NCBI GenBank assembly: GCA_963786955.1
Contig: CAWBAT010000006.1
Location: forward strand, 512,001 to 576,000
Direction of reading: 5' to 3'
Length of the DNA stretch: 64,000 nt
Origin: an uncultured Acidimicrobiia bacterium
GTDB taxonomy: Bacteria; Acidobacteriota; Terriglobia; Versatilivoradales; Versatilivoraceae
In this document: positions 1 through 10,736 of the stretch, piece by piece
How positions within the stretch are numbered: the stretch's first letter is position 1
Layout of the letters: each line of letters starts with the position of its first letter
Program-made: the position numbers and the translations under genes
The notes under the pieces: model-generated
The model's database searches: none
Told to the model about the DNA's origin: nothing
What the model saw: only the letters and a program-made list of their open reading frames with translations

Positions 1-766
1 AAGCTACCGGCTACAGGCAATGGCTGGAGAGCGATGACACGGAAGAAGCCCGATCGCGAATCGAGAACATTGAAGAACTCATCAACGCCGCTCGTGACGC
101 CGAGTCCCGTGGAGAGACGATTCGCGATTTTCTCGATCATGCCGCGCTTGTTTCGGACACGGATAGGCTGGATGAAAAAGCAAGAGTCGTCTTGTTGACG
201 ACACACAGCGCCAAGGGCCTCGAATTTCCTCTCGTGTGCCTTGTGGGGCTAGAGGAAGGACTTTTCCCCCACAGCCGCTCGTTATCCAGCCAGAAGGAAC
301 TCGAAGAGGAACGGCGTATTTGCTACGTCGGGATGACCCGAGCCCAAAAGAAACTCGTTTTGACTCGCGCCAAATTCCGACGTTTCCTGGGGACAGGAAG
401 TATGGAACCTACCCAACCTTCTCGTTTCCTCCGGGAGATTCCAGCAGAACTTATTGAAAGCCATCTTCGTCACAAGACCGAAGAAAGACTTCCTCGTATG
501 ATGGGCCCGTCATTAACACAAAGGAAGGGATTCAGCAATTCTATCAACAGCGTGGCCGGCAGATTGATTTGGCTCCCGTGACTCGGGGATCGGCATCGAA
601 GGGAACATTCTTAAGCAGGGGAAGTACGGTTCGTCATCCCAAGTTTGGAGTCGGCACCATCGTGCGCTGTGAAGGCGAAGGGGAAGATGCCAAAGTGACC
701 GTCAGTTTCCCAGGCTACGGACTTAAAAAAATGGTCCAAAAATACGCAGGACTCGAAAGAGTTTAA
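1..766 (+). CDS. pcrA: ATP-dependent DNA helicase PcrA/UvrD, C-terminal part (5'-truncated by window edge; frameshift near 520-570)
   Basis: Motifs TTHSAKGLEF, GLEEGLFPH, EEERRICYVGMTRA and PSRFL; C-terminal Tudor-like tail VRHPKFGVGTI...VSFPGYGLKK in ORF 569..766. Confidence 0.9.
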
Positions 767-820
767 AGAGCAATTCAGTTCCCTTTTTCCGTGGTCATTT
801 GGGTTGAATGAGGCGTTTAG

Positions 821-2474
821 ATGACACATCGACTGTTCATCACGCAGAGTCCCGATCAATTAATTGCAGAGTCCGAAGTACCAGAGCGCCGTCTCAAGCG
901 GACTCTGACCTCCTTTGATCTCACCATGCTCGGAATCGGCGCTGTGATTGGCGCTGGAATTTTCGCACTTACCGGAACTGCGGCAGCCGGGCAAAGCTAT
1001 CAGAGCCCCATCGATACACCGGTCGTCAATTTTATCGTGTCCTGGATATCGGGTGCGCCCTTGCACCTAGGACGATCCGGCGCAGGCCCGGCGATAGTCT
1101 TATCTTTCGTGTTGGCCGGCACGGCCTGTGCCTTTGCCGCCCTTTGCTACGCGGAGATGGCTTCTATGATCCCCGTATCGGGGAGCGCCTATACCTATTC
1201 CTATGCAACTTTGGGTGAATTCATTGCCTGGATCATTGGATGGGATCTCATCTTGGAATATGCCGTGGGGAACATAGCAGTCGCCGTAAGCTGGTCGGAT
1301 TTCTTCGTCAAACTTGCTTTACAGTTTGACGCAGATCAAGTTGCCGCTCTGGCTGGTCAAAGACTACGGGACCGCACACCAGTGGGTTGAGAAGGCTCAT
1401 CAACTGAGTTTGGCTCAGCAAGGTCAAATTTCACTCTCCCCGAGTGAACTGTCGGACTGCGCACAAGCGGCCGCTAACCTCGGAAACTATTCGAATGCCA
1501 CTCTCCCGCAACTTTTCGGGCATAGTATCGCGCTAAACCTTCCGGCATTATCGATCGTGGGTTTACTGACGGTACTCTTGGTTATTGGCATTCGAGAAAG
1601 CGCCCGTTTTAACAGTGCGGCCGTTGTGTTGAAGACATCGATTGTCGTTTTCTTCATTGCTTTTGGCGCCTTTTACGTGAATCCCGCCGCCAACTGGCAC
1701 CCTTTCATGCCCAATGGAATTACGGGGGTCATGGGAGGGGCTGCCATCGTTTTTTTTGCTTTTATTGGATTTGACGCCGTGTCCACCACAGCCGAAGAGA
1801 CCCGCAATCCTCAACGAGATCTTCCGATCGGCATGATCACATCGTTGATCGTTTGCACTATCCTTTATGTGGGTGTCGCCGCCGTTCTTACGGGAATGAA
1901 AAAATACACCACATTCGTTGACGACGCGGCCGCCATCGCGACTGCCGTCGAGGTCACTCGAAAACCTTGGGTCCAAGCGTTGATCGGGGCCGGAGCGCTG
2001 GCTGGATTGACATCTGTGTTACTCGTCTTTCAACTCGGGCAACCACGAATCTTCATGTCAATGGCTCGCGACGGTCTTCTCCCTAAATACTTCTCAAAAA
2101 TTCACCCGCGTTTTCGGACCCCTCACATCACGACCATCTGGACGGGCATTTTCGTCGGTTTTTCCGCGCTCATTATCGATATTGGATCGGCTGCAGAGCT
2201 CACCAACATCGGCACACTCTTTGCTTTCATTCTCGTTTCGGCTGGCGTCATTGTCCTGAGGCATACGGCCCCTGAGCGAAAGAGACCTTTCAAAATCCCC
2301 TGGGTACCCTTTCTACCCATATGCGGAATCTTTTTTTGTCTTCTTTTGATGATGAGCTTACCTGTCTTAACCTGGATTCGTTTTTTTGTCTGGTTGGGAA
2401 TAGGTTTTGGAGTTTACTTTCTGTACGGATATCGCCACAGCTGCCTGGCAAGAAGCAACGAGAGGTTGACGTGA
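821..2474 (+). CDS. Amino acid permease, APC/cationic amino acid transporter family (frameshift ~1315)
   Basis: GIGAVIGAGIF, CYAEMASMIPVSGSAYTYSY, FFAFIGFDAVSTTAEE and MARDGLLP across ORFs 821..1390 and 1314..2474. Confidence 0.9.
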
Positions 2475-2689
2475 TCGAGGAACACGGGATGAAATTAACC
2501 AACTACAAGAGGATATGCCCGCAGATGAACGGAGACGAACTCGGATTGGGGTTAATTTTCAACCATCGGGGACCAGAAAGAAAGCCGGGAGTTCTATCGG
2601 TAGAAAAAACTCTAGAGGTAATGATTGGCTAGCAGAATCCAGCCTTTAGTGTAGTCTGGCTAAGAATTATCGGTGAAACAGGCCCCCTC

Positions 2690-4797
2690 TTACTCTTTTT
2701 CGTGGACAAACTCATGGAGCATTGCAAGAAAAGCTCCATCTCCCGTTCGCTCCCCTGGTTGACTTCCGTCATTAATGACTCCATATACAATGAATGGATT
2801 GTTCCCTGATCTGAGCGTGATGTGGGCATATCCCTGGCTGGTCCCCGGTGCATATTGCGCCAGGATCGTTCCGATCTGTGTCCAGCTTCCCGGCGCTCAA
2901 AGGGGTCGCTATTTGTGATGCTTCCTACCTGCCCTCCAGTATTACCGTCAAATAGATCGATTTGAAAGGTGCTGCTACTCCCGTCTTGCTCGCCTGTGTT
3001 GACCAAGGCGAGATTAGACCGACTTTCTGAATCCTGTTGCAGATCGTAAATCCAGGCCGAGCTTGTTGAGGCAAAGCCGTTTGGCACACTGGAATAAAAG
3101 AGGCCATAGCGACCTCCTCCGCCCGGCGTGGAGGTTCGGGCTGCAAGTGAGACACCGCTCAAATTACCGCTCCCGATAGACACAAACAAAGAGCCGGCAA
3201 AAGCGGCTCCTTTGGCCCAATTCCAGCGACGTTTTGAGTTCTCAAATACTGGACAAACTCTGGAATGATCAACTGCTCTCCAGGGTTGAGGCTGATCTGA
3301 AAATGAGCAGTCGCATCGCGTTGTTTGAATGCCATTACCAACAAACCGGCAATCGAGAGTTTTTTGCTGGATGACCAATTTGTCGCCACGATCTCACTAC
3401 TAAAAGCACTGTTCTCAACGAGTACCGGCAAGGTCAACTGGGTCTTCCCCGCCAAGGAGCTATCCAAAATGGGCAGGAATGAAAGAGCCGTCTGAGTTGG
3501 ACTGATCATTGATTACTCCATACGCAAAATAGGGGGCCGGTCCAGTTATCCTTTCCACCCGGACATAGCCGTTGACTAGGGAAACACTTCCCAGAATTCC
3601 GGAAATTTGCTGAAAATCTCCCGGATGCAACACAATATCGGAAAGCTGACTGACTTTAGGATTTGCCACATCCCCAGAAAATACTGTCACCTGCAGAGTA
3701 ATATCTCCGTCCGAGGAACTCCCAACATTTTGAACGGCGACATTGGAACGGTCCGTACTGTTTTGGCGGAGGCCAGAAATATAGGCCGGGGTTGTCAAGC
3801 CTTGGCTAATTGGAATACCGGCATAAGCGAGACCGGCTCTTCCGCCAGGCGCAATGGTCGTAGTTCTAACGGAGACCGCACCGTCAGATGCAGCCGAAAG
3901 ACCAGTGAAATTCACCCTCAACGTTCCACCCTGGCTTCCGGAAGTGGGAATCGCCAGCCCTAGGGTTCTCAGGTAAGCAATGGTGTCTTTGACAATGCGC
4001 TGTTGTCCCGTACCGAGAGAATCCGTTACGGTGCCACTGCCCTGGCCAAAAGCCGCGGTGTACACAAATTCCACAGTCGCACTGAAGGTCCCCCTATTCG
4101 TCACAGACATCTCCGAACTAAAGAACGAACCATTGAGCCCTGCAACTGACAAAACGATGGGGACAAAAATGGATTCTGAAATGCTTCCGGAGACACCATA
4201 GATGGCCTGGACCCCATTGATATCATCCGTCTGTGGATCAATAATCGTCGATCCAGGGGTTACGGCCGTTCCCATGATAGCGGGCACATCATCTTCGTGG
4301 TCAAGGCCCAGGCAATGCCCCAATTCGTGCAGAGCGACCCGCTGAAAATCAGCTTTATCCGCAAAGCTATCGCTATTCCAAGGGTCATCATAAACGGCCC
4401 AAGTGTACTTGGTATTAAAAAGAACCCCGGCTTGCGTAAGAATCTTGTTACTCGTGAACCACCTCCTTGCGATGCCCAAGGTCGTGGCTCCCCACGCGTC
4501 CCCACAAACAGTGTCACTAAACTTAGTGCCATTCTTGGCTCCGCTACCTGGATTAGAGCAAGGGTCCCAAGCGGTGGTTCCAGCAACGCTGTACTTAAAA
4601 ATAGTATTATTGGTCCATTTGGCCATGGCGTTGGTGAATGGCGTATCCCAATCCCCGCTGGGGCCGTCAGCGACATGTACATAGAAAGAGGCAGAAGGGC
4701 CAGGCCATTTTTTCCCACTAAGAACATAGCCATGGCTAGTCCCCACCATAAAACAAATCGAAAGGGCGGCGGTGAAGCCCCAAGTGAACTTTTTCAT
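2690..4797 (-). CDS. Secreted matrixin-like (metzincin) metalloprotease with repeated C-terminal beta-rich domains (several frameshifts 3' of 3480)
   Basis: Signal peptide, HELGHCLGLDH zinc motif and PAIM Met-turn; RSNVAVQN/RSNLALVN and YGVIND...DG repeated modules continue in ORFs 3159..3509, 2925..3155 and 2629..3378. Confidence 0.75.
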
Positions 4798-5525
4798 GGT
4801 TGCCCCTTGTTGATCTCAAGCAGTCTCAACTTAAATTCCTTCAGACTCATTCCCTTATCTCTGGAGTCTTCCGAGATTACGACTCCCTTGGCAACGCCTT
4901 CTCTTAAAGCCTGAATTCTCTTGGGCCCAGCGGAATCGATTCCGACAATTCGCAATTGATTTCGAGTTCTGACTCGCTGCACTCCGTCCCCATCGGCCGT
5001 GATGACAAAGTGCCCTTGGTCCCAACCATAAAAGGGATGCACTTGCCTGTGCTGCAAGGTCTCCACAAAATAGACCCCTTTCTCTCCGAAGACGGGCAGA
5101 TGCATGTCTGAAATTTCCAAGGTAAGGCCGCCAGCAGTGCCTCCAAGAAAACTCAATTCGATCTTCGATTGGGGGTACTTCCCTTTGATTAGATCGAGAA
5201 TCTGGAAGGTCACGAAAGTATGAATACCGCTGTTATCCGGATCGAGCTTTGAGATGACTTCGACTACCTGGCCTTCAAAGACCAGTTCGGACGCAGCCAT
5301 CATTTCATTGATTGTCGTCTGTCGAACGCTTGCAGCGAAACTGCCCGTGCAGTAGAAAATTATGAAGAAGAGAATGGCCAGACAGGCTCGTTGAGATCCA
5401 GGCGAACAGGCGCTTTTCCCATGACGAGGAAATTGCGTTTTGATCCATGAGGGTGGGTTCATAGCTCCAATCTCCCTTTGAGGCCGATCGCGTCGGCTTT
5501 CAAAGAAACCGCATGAAATGATCAC
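4794..5525 (-). CDS. Exported hypothetical protein resembling the N-terminal pro-domain of acidobacterial metalloproteases
   Basis: Hydrophobic leader, then SVRQTTINEMMAASELVFEGQV...TFVTF...KG...GG...GEKGVYF...GWDQGHF; ATGA overlap with the matrixin gene; true start probably downstream of 5525. Confidence 0.6.
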   Translation of the reverse strand: MIISCGFFESRRDRPQREIGAMNPPSWIKTQFPRHGKSACSPGSQRACLAILFFIIFYCTGSFAASVRQTTINEMMAASELVFEGQVVEVISKLDPDNSGIHTFVTFQILDLIKGKYPQSKIELSFLGGTAGGLTLEISDMHLPVFGEKGVYFVETLQHRQVHPFYGWDQGHFVITADGDGVQRVRTRNQLRIVGIDSAGPKRIQALREGVAKGVVISEDSRDKGMSLKEFKLRLLEINKGQP

Positions 5526-5756
5526 GCAGTCTGCTTCTCAATTGAAAATGGTAGGGTTCAATGGTTCTCTAGGAATGCTTCTACTCATTTCCCAGGAAAA
5601 ATCAACAATTTCCAAAAATATTATTGAGAGGAACGAGGTGTTTCGTCTTTTTATGGAGGCCGTTTGCATTCTAGTCTATCTTATAAAAACTGGGTGGGAG
5701 AACCGCATGGGGGGAACGATTGGGATAACGGTCGAGCGATTCAGAGGATGCCATGC

Positions 5757-7874
5757 CTATCGTTGCGGTCTGAAGGGAATCCCAAACATGGCCTGGACTT
5801 CGACAGGGTTTTCTCCCTGCATAGCAGGTTTAAACTTCCACTGTTTCAAGGCTTCTAGGGCACGCTGATCGAGAACGGGGTTCAGACTACGAATCACGCG
5901 AATCTTATCAACCCCTCCATCCTTGCGAATCACCGCATAAAGAACGACCAATCCTCTTAGTTTCGAAAGTTCTTCGTCTTCCGATCGTCCCGGATCGACT
6001 TTTCGAAGCGGTCTGGGTTGAATCAGAGCGTCTCCAGCAGCGAGTAAGACTTGTGAGCCCATCGTCTTCGAATTGGCTGAGACCTTGGCAGTCGCTGAAT
6101 TATTCTCAGCCATTTCCGAAAACTGCATGGTCCAGCGTCCCGCAGGCATGGGGATGAAAACGGTATAATTACGTTTCCCAGAAAGGACTCCATAGACTCC
6201 AAGGCCTGCCCCTCCCGTGCGCCCTTCGAGGACTGTGATGTTATAGGATTCTCCGGGATCTTCAATTGTTTCCATCTCGGTAAAACCACCTGGCGCGCGG
6301 GGCCGTTTGCCCGGGCCGGCTATCCCTGCCCCTCCCGTATTTGAGCCACCCTTGATCGAAAGTCCGGGAACCTGGATTGAGGCGATATTTCCTCCTCCGC
6401 CGTATCCACTGCCTGTTCCGCCCGTTCCCCCTCCACCCGGTACACCGCCCCCAAGAGTTCCGCCCTCCTCCCCATCCGGGGACCCCTCCCGATTGCCTTC
6501 AGGAGAAATGGAAAAACCACCCGTCTTGTTTCCTGGTGGGACTTTCAGCCCTCCCGGACCCGGAAGCCCGGGGTTCGCACTGAGCACGACTAAGTTGTGC
6601 AGTTGATCGGAATCTCCCCCGATCGGAGCATTTACCAGCGGGCCTGGATTTCCCGCATCTGAAGCAATGGCCCACTCCGCCGAAGATCCGACGGGAACAA
6701 CAAGCTTCGCCTGCATATTGACAACTTCTGTCTTGGCAATACGCAGCTCTGAAAGATTCTGATCAATATTCTTAAGTTCCGCATCTGGAGGCCGTAGCTG
6801 TGGTACAGCAGCTTGCGGATTAGGAGTTAGAAGAGGGTTCAGCTTCTTGTGGGCAATTTCAATCGATTCCAGCTTGCTTTCCGGGACATTCCAAACCACC
6901 ATATTCGGCACTTTGACTTCCTGTTTGATCTGAACTTTCGGTGTACTCGGCTGGACGATTGTCTGGGTTTTGTTGTCCGCTTCTCGAGGTGAAGATTGGA
7001 TCGTTTGAGTCGGGTGGAAGGAAGTGCTTCCTTTTGGAGGCCTGAGTTTTGGCTTAGTGCCTGCCGGGTCCTTAGGACCGTCACTCGACGACTTCATGGC
7101 CGGGAGCATGTCCGACGGTTTGTAGTAGGTTATCTGGTAATGGCGTTCCAAATCGCTTTTGGTCAACCGCAGTGGTTGGCTGAAGGAGACTCCGGAAAGA
7201 CCCCATATCAGGTAAACTACCATGACGTGGAGAAACACTGATGCCATCACGGGCCGAGTCGGATAACCACCTGGAGCCCAAACGTCAGCGAGGATCTCAT
7301 CTGGGTCGAATCCTTCTTTAATTCTGATGGAAGTTAACAGGTTGTCAAGATCGTAATACTCACCATTGGGTGCATTTTGCTCCAAATTCACGTCTTCGGA
7401 GACGGCCATCCTTTCCTCGTCTTCGAAGAGGACCCTCTCATTCTCCCCTTCGGGAAGGGCCATCTTATTCTCCCCTTCAGAAAGGGCCAAAATGTTCTCG
7501 CCTTCAGAAAGGGCCAAAATATTCTCGCCTTCGGAAAGGGCCAAAACATTCTCGCCTTCGGAAAGGGCCAAAACATTCTCGCCTTCGGAAAGGGCCAAAA
7601 TGTTCTCGCCTTCGGAAAGGGCCAAAATATTCTCGCCTTCGGAGAGGGCTAAAACATTCTCGCCTTCGGGAAGGGCCATCCGGTTCTCGTCCTCGGAGAT
7701 GGCCAACTTATTCTCGTCTTCAGCGACGGCTATCGTATTGTCGTCCTCATCTTCGAAGGAGGCCGCTTTTTTTGAGGCCAGTACATTATTCCAATGTTTG
7801 GCACAATCTGGACAAATTTCTCGCCTAAATTGGTACCACTTCAGGTTACGGCTACAACTTTGACAGATGGCCAT
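5757..7874 (-). CDS. TonB-family energy transducer with N-terminal zinc ribbon and acidic nonapeptide repeats
   Basis: TM segment ASVFLHVMVV (SxxxH), Pro/Gly-rich linker and TonB_C domain (GLVVLYAVIRKDG...LDQRALEALKQWKFKPA); N-terminal CxxC...CxxC. Confidence 0.85.
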   Translation of the reverse strand: MAICQSCSRNLKWYQFRREICPDCAKHWNNVLASKKAASFEDEDDNTIAVAEDENKLAISEDENRMALPEGENVLALSEGENILALSEGENILALSEGENVLALSEGENVLALSEGENILALSEGENILALSEGENKMALPEGENERVLFEDEERMAVSEDVNLEQNAPNGEYYDLDNLLTSIRIKEGFDPDEILADVWAPGGYPTRPVMASVFLHVMVVYLIWGLSGVSFSQPLRLTKSDLERHYQITYYKPSDMLPAMKSSSDGPKDPAGTKPKLRPPKGSTSFHPTQTIQSSPREADNKTQTIVQPSTPKVQIKQEVKVPNMVVWNVPESKLESIEIAHKKLNPLLTPNPQAAVPQLRPPDAELKNIDQNLSELRIAKTEVVNMQAKLVVPVGSSAEWAIASDAGNPGPLVNAPIGGDSDQLHNLVVLSANPGLPGPGGLKVPPGNKTGGFSISPEGNREGSPDGEEGGTLGGGVPGGGGTGGTGSGYGGGGNIASIQVPGLSIKGGSNTGGAGIAGPGKRPRAPGGFTEMETIEDPGESYNITVLEGRTGGAGLGVYGVLSGKRNYTVFIPMPAGRWTMQFSEMAENNSATAKVSANSKTMGSQVLLAAGDALIQPRPLRKVDPGRSEDEELSKLRGLVVLYAVIRKDGGVDKIRVIRSLNPVLDQRALEALKQWKFKPAMQGENPVEVQAMFGIPFRPQR
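7395..7750 (-). repeat. 27-bp coding tandem repeat (EGEN[VI]LALS), about 7 near-perfect plus about 6 degenerate copies
   Basis: Unit ttctcgccttcggaaagggccaaaa(c/t)(a/g) is visible on the + strand. Confidence 0.95.
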
Positions 7875-8749
7875 CGTTTAATAATCCCGTTCGTTTTAGA
7901 AGGGAAAGGTCTCCCCTCTTATTCTTTCATTCCATTAACTTGCAATTAAATTCAAAGAAAAAACACGTTGTATTCTTCGGCGCGTGAGTGGTTTTCCCTT
8001 ATTGAAAAGTTTCTTTGGTAACATAGCGGCAAATTGACAATGCAAGTATTGTTCCTCAACAAGGCTTTCTATCGATTTTCATTAGCATTTTGTGGGGACA
8101 ATCTGAATTTTAGGCCCAAATGAATCAATTTGTCAACGCTTTAGGGCTAGAACATGTCTTGAATTTTCAGTAAAATAGCTCCCAAACTCTAGAAAGTGGC
8201 TGGATTCTTCATGGATCTTAGATATTTTGTTATGGATGCCGCGACTCTCACCTTTGGCAGTTCAGCAATTGTGCCCGAACGTGCCTGGAACTCTATTTAT
8301 TGCTTTGAGTTACGATTTTATCACTTGCAGGACAATTATAGAGCAGAATTCTCTCAAAAGGTTTATTGAAGAGTACCGGCCTCCTTCGGGTAAGAATTCA
8401 TGGATCAATCCATGTGGATGTAACAATGTAAACAAGAAATGAAAAATTTACACACTTTTGCTGTTAACCACTTTCCTCCTTCTCGATGCAAAAGGGAAAA
8501 ATATTGGGATATTTCTGGAAAAGATATACCATTTTGGGTAATCGTGTCTCTAATTTGATTTTTCTGCTCTCTTTATCAGTTTTGGAAACCAGAAAAGAAG
8601 CCTGACGGTATATTATCTGCCATACAGGCTGGATAAAACTCGGGGATAGGATTAAGATTGCGGGCAGTTGAATCGTTTCGTATATTTAGAATTGCTTCCT
8701 TCGAGCAAAAACCTAATTGGAAACATCCATTTAAAAAGAGGCTATCACA

Positions 8750-9181
8750 ATGCAAACTCTAGACTTGTTCATGCGCTGGCTCCATATATTTTCGGTTATT
8801 ACCGCCGTTGGATCGGCTATTTTCATGCTATTTGTCCTACTCCCTTCCCTGGCCAGTCTCCGCAACGAGGATAAAGCAACTATCTCAAAAAACATCACAG
8901 ATCGGGCACGCATTTGGATTCACATCGCTATCACGGGAATCCTCATTTCTGGACTCTACAACCTGCACAAGGTTTGGTCCAAGACTGTTTTTCCCTACGG
9001 ATTCATTTTCATGCTTAAGCTCGTCTTGGCCTTGGTTGTCTTTATGGTGGCCATTCTGCTCACCTCCTCTTCTCCGCAAAGAGCCGCTTTTCAGGCAAAC
9101 CGGAAGACATGGCTGACCCTGAATGTCGGGCTGGCAGCGATCATCGTGGCATTATCTGCTTTCCTTCGCTTTTTACACTAA
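8750..9181 (+). CDS. Four-TM membrane protein, CopD/DUF2269-like
   Basis: RWLHIFS...VGSAIF; ISGLYN; KLVLALVVF; four hydrophobic helices. Confidence 0.6.
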   Translation: MQTLDLFMRWLHIFSVITAVGSAIFMLFVLLPSLASLRNEDKATISKNITDRARIWIHIAITGILISGLYNLHKVWSKTVFPYGFIFMLKLVLALVVFMVAILLTSSSPQRAAFQANRKTWLTLNVGLAAIIVALSAFLRFLH

Positions 9182-9293
9182 AGCGAATTGCCTCTAAAGT
9201 TTGGCAACCGCACGAACGAAACAAGGGAGTAGGACTAGAGGCCTGGGGCTAATATTTCATCGGACTATTCTCCATCCAACACTCAGGACGACA

Positions 9294-10055
9294 ATGAGTT
9301 TCATCGATTTCGAAAAAGAAAAACATGTTGCCAGGATTACCTTGAACCGTCCTCCCCTCAATGCGATGAACATTGAGATGATGAAAGAGATCGGGGATGC
9401 TCTCGATTCCCTTTATAACGAGGACCACATCAAGATCATCATTATCGCTTCCGCTTGCAAGGTGTTCAGCGCTGGAGTCGACATGACCGATCATGCTCCT
9501 CAAAAAGTTTTTCAGTTATTAGAAGCGTTTCATCGCATTTTTCTGACACTGGGAGATATTGGAAAACCGACAATTGCCGCCGTCAATGGCCCGGCCCTCG
9601 GAGCGGGGTGCGAGCTAGCCACTTTCTGTGACCTCGTCGTGGCCTCTGAAACTGCAAAATTTGGGCAACCTGAACTGAAAGTGGGAGTTTTCCCCTCTGT
9701 TGCCACAGTTCTTTTTCCCTACCTAGTTGGGAAGAAGAAAGCCATGGAATTGATACTCACGTCAGACACCATAGGCGCCCAGGAGGCACTGTCTTTGGGA
9801 CTTGTGAATAGCGTCGTCCCACCAGAAAAGCTCAATGCCACTGTCGAAGAACTGGCTTCAAAAATCACAACGAGTAGCGCGGCCGTGCTTCAAATCATGA
9901 AGAGAGCTATGCTGTCCGGGGAAGGGCTTAATTTCTCAAAAGCCCTAAAGATCTCAGAGGACTTCTACCTGAACCAACTTATGGCCCTGGAAGATACTAA
10001 CGAAGGCCTTCAGGCTTTCATCGAACGTCGTACCCCTATCTGGAAAGACAAATAG
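9294..10055 (+). CDS. Enoyl-CoA hydratase/isomerase (crotonase) family protein
   Basis: LNRPPLNA, FSAGVD, AVNGPALGAGCELATFCD, FGQPE and EGLQAFIERRTP. Confidence 0.9.
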   Translation: MSFIDFEKEKHVARITLNRPPLNAMNIEMMKEIGDALDSLYNEDHIKIIIIASACKVFSAGVDMTDHAPQKVFQLLEAFHRIFLTLGDIGKPTIAAVNGPALGAGCELATFCDLVVASETAKFGQPELKVGVFPSVATVLFPYLVGKKKAMELILTSDTIGAQEALSLGLVNSVVPPEKLNATVEELASKITTSSAAVLQIMKRAMLSGEGLNFSKALKISEDFYLNQLMALEDTNEGLQAFIERRTPIWKDK

Positions 10056-10076
10056 TTAAAGACTCCAAGCCCGTGT

Positions 10077-10131
10077 TGTAGCCGGCCTCGCTGAGACCGG
10101 TACTTTTCCGGGGCCAGCGGCCCCGGCGACA
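10077..10131 (+). repeat. REP family A copy (TGTAGCCGGCCTCGCTGAG...CCCCGGCTACA type)
   Basis: Near match to the repeats flanking the RAYT at 61.7-62.4 kb. Confidence 0.8.
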
Positions 10132-10736
10132 ATGATTAGGCTACTTCAGGCCATAACAATAAACCTGGATGCGCCTGTCGCCATCTAGTAGGCGTTGTCT
10201 GCCCTCCAGCCTTGTCCTATCCCATCGTTGGTAGCCACGATTGACCGACGTATTTTGCCGGTCAATCGTGGATCCTAAGTACTGCTTTTCATAAATACGG
10301 TAACGTTAACGCCGGGTCGGTGACCAGGCCTACAACTTTGTAGGCCGTTGAGGCTTTCTCAAAGCCTCAACCCCACGCGGCGCCTATCTTAAGATATGTC
10401 ACCGCAATTACGAATAGCAGTACTAAGTTTTCCTTTGACAGAGTACCTGCACTGTTCTGAGGACCTACGCCTGGAGCCTAACGGCTCCGTCCCCTCCGGC
10501 GGAGGGGAATAAAGAAAAGTCCCCCTTGGAAGGGGCATGAAGGCTTGAGAAGCCTTCATGCCACAGGCTGTGGGGGGATGTCTTGGTCGCGGCAATCGAG
10601 GCTACCAGATTGAGAGGAGAATTCAGACATTCAGCGTTGTTTTGCCACCAGTTTCGAGAGGATTTTTTCTATTCTTTTGACTTAAGATTTCGGATTGAAT
10701 AAGAATGCTGCTATTAACGAGCAAGGTGGAGATGAA

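Noticed and set aside
7395-7750. Possible CRISPR array, or separate + strand repeat ORFs (7366..7863, 7370..7828)
   Set aside because: Contiguous 27-bp in-frame coding repeat without spacers; the + strand ORFs are shadows of the TonB gene.
7875-8745. AT-rich 870-bp intergenic region and ORF 8227..8442
   Set aside because: No recognisable RNA motif, repeat or protein family; consistent with a divergent promoter region.
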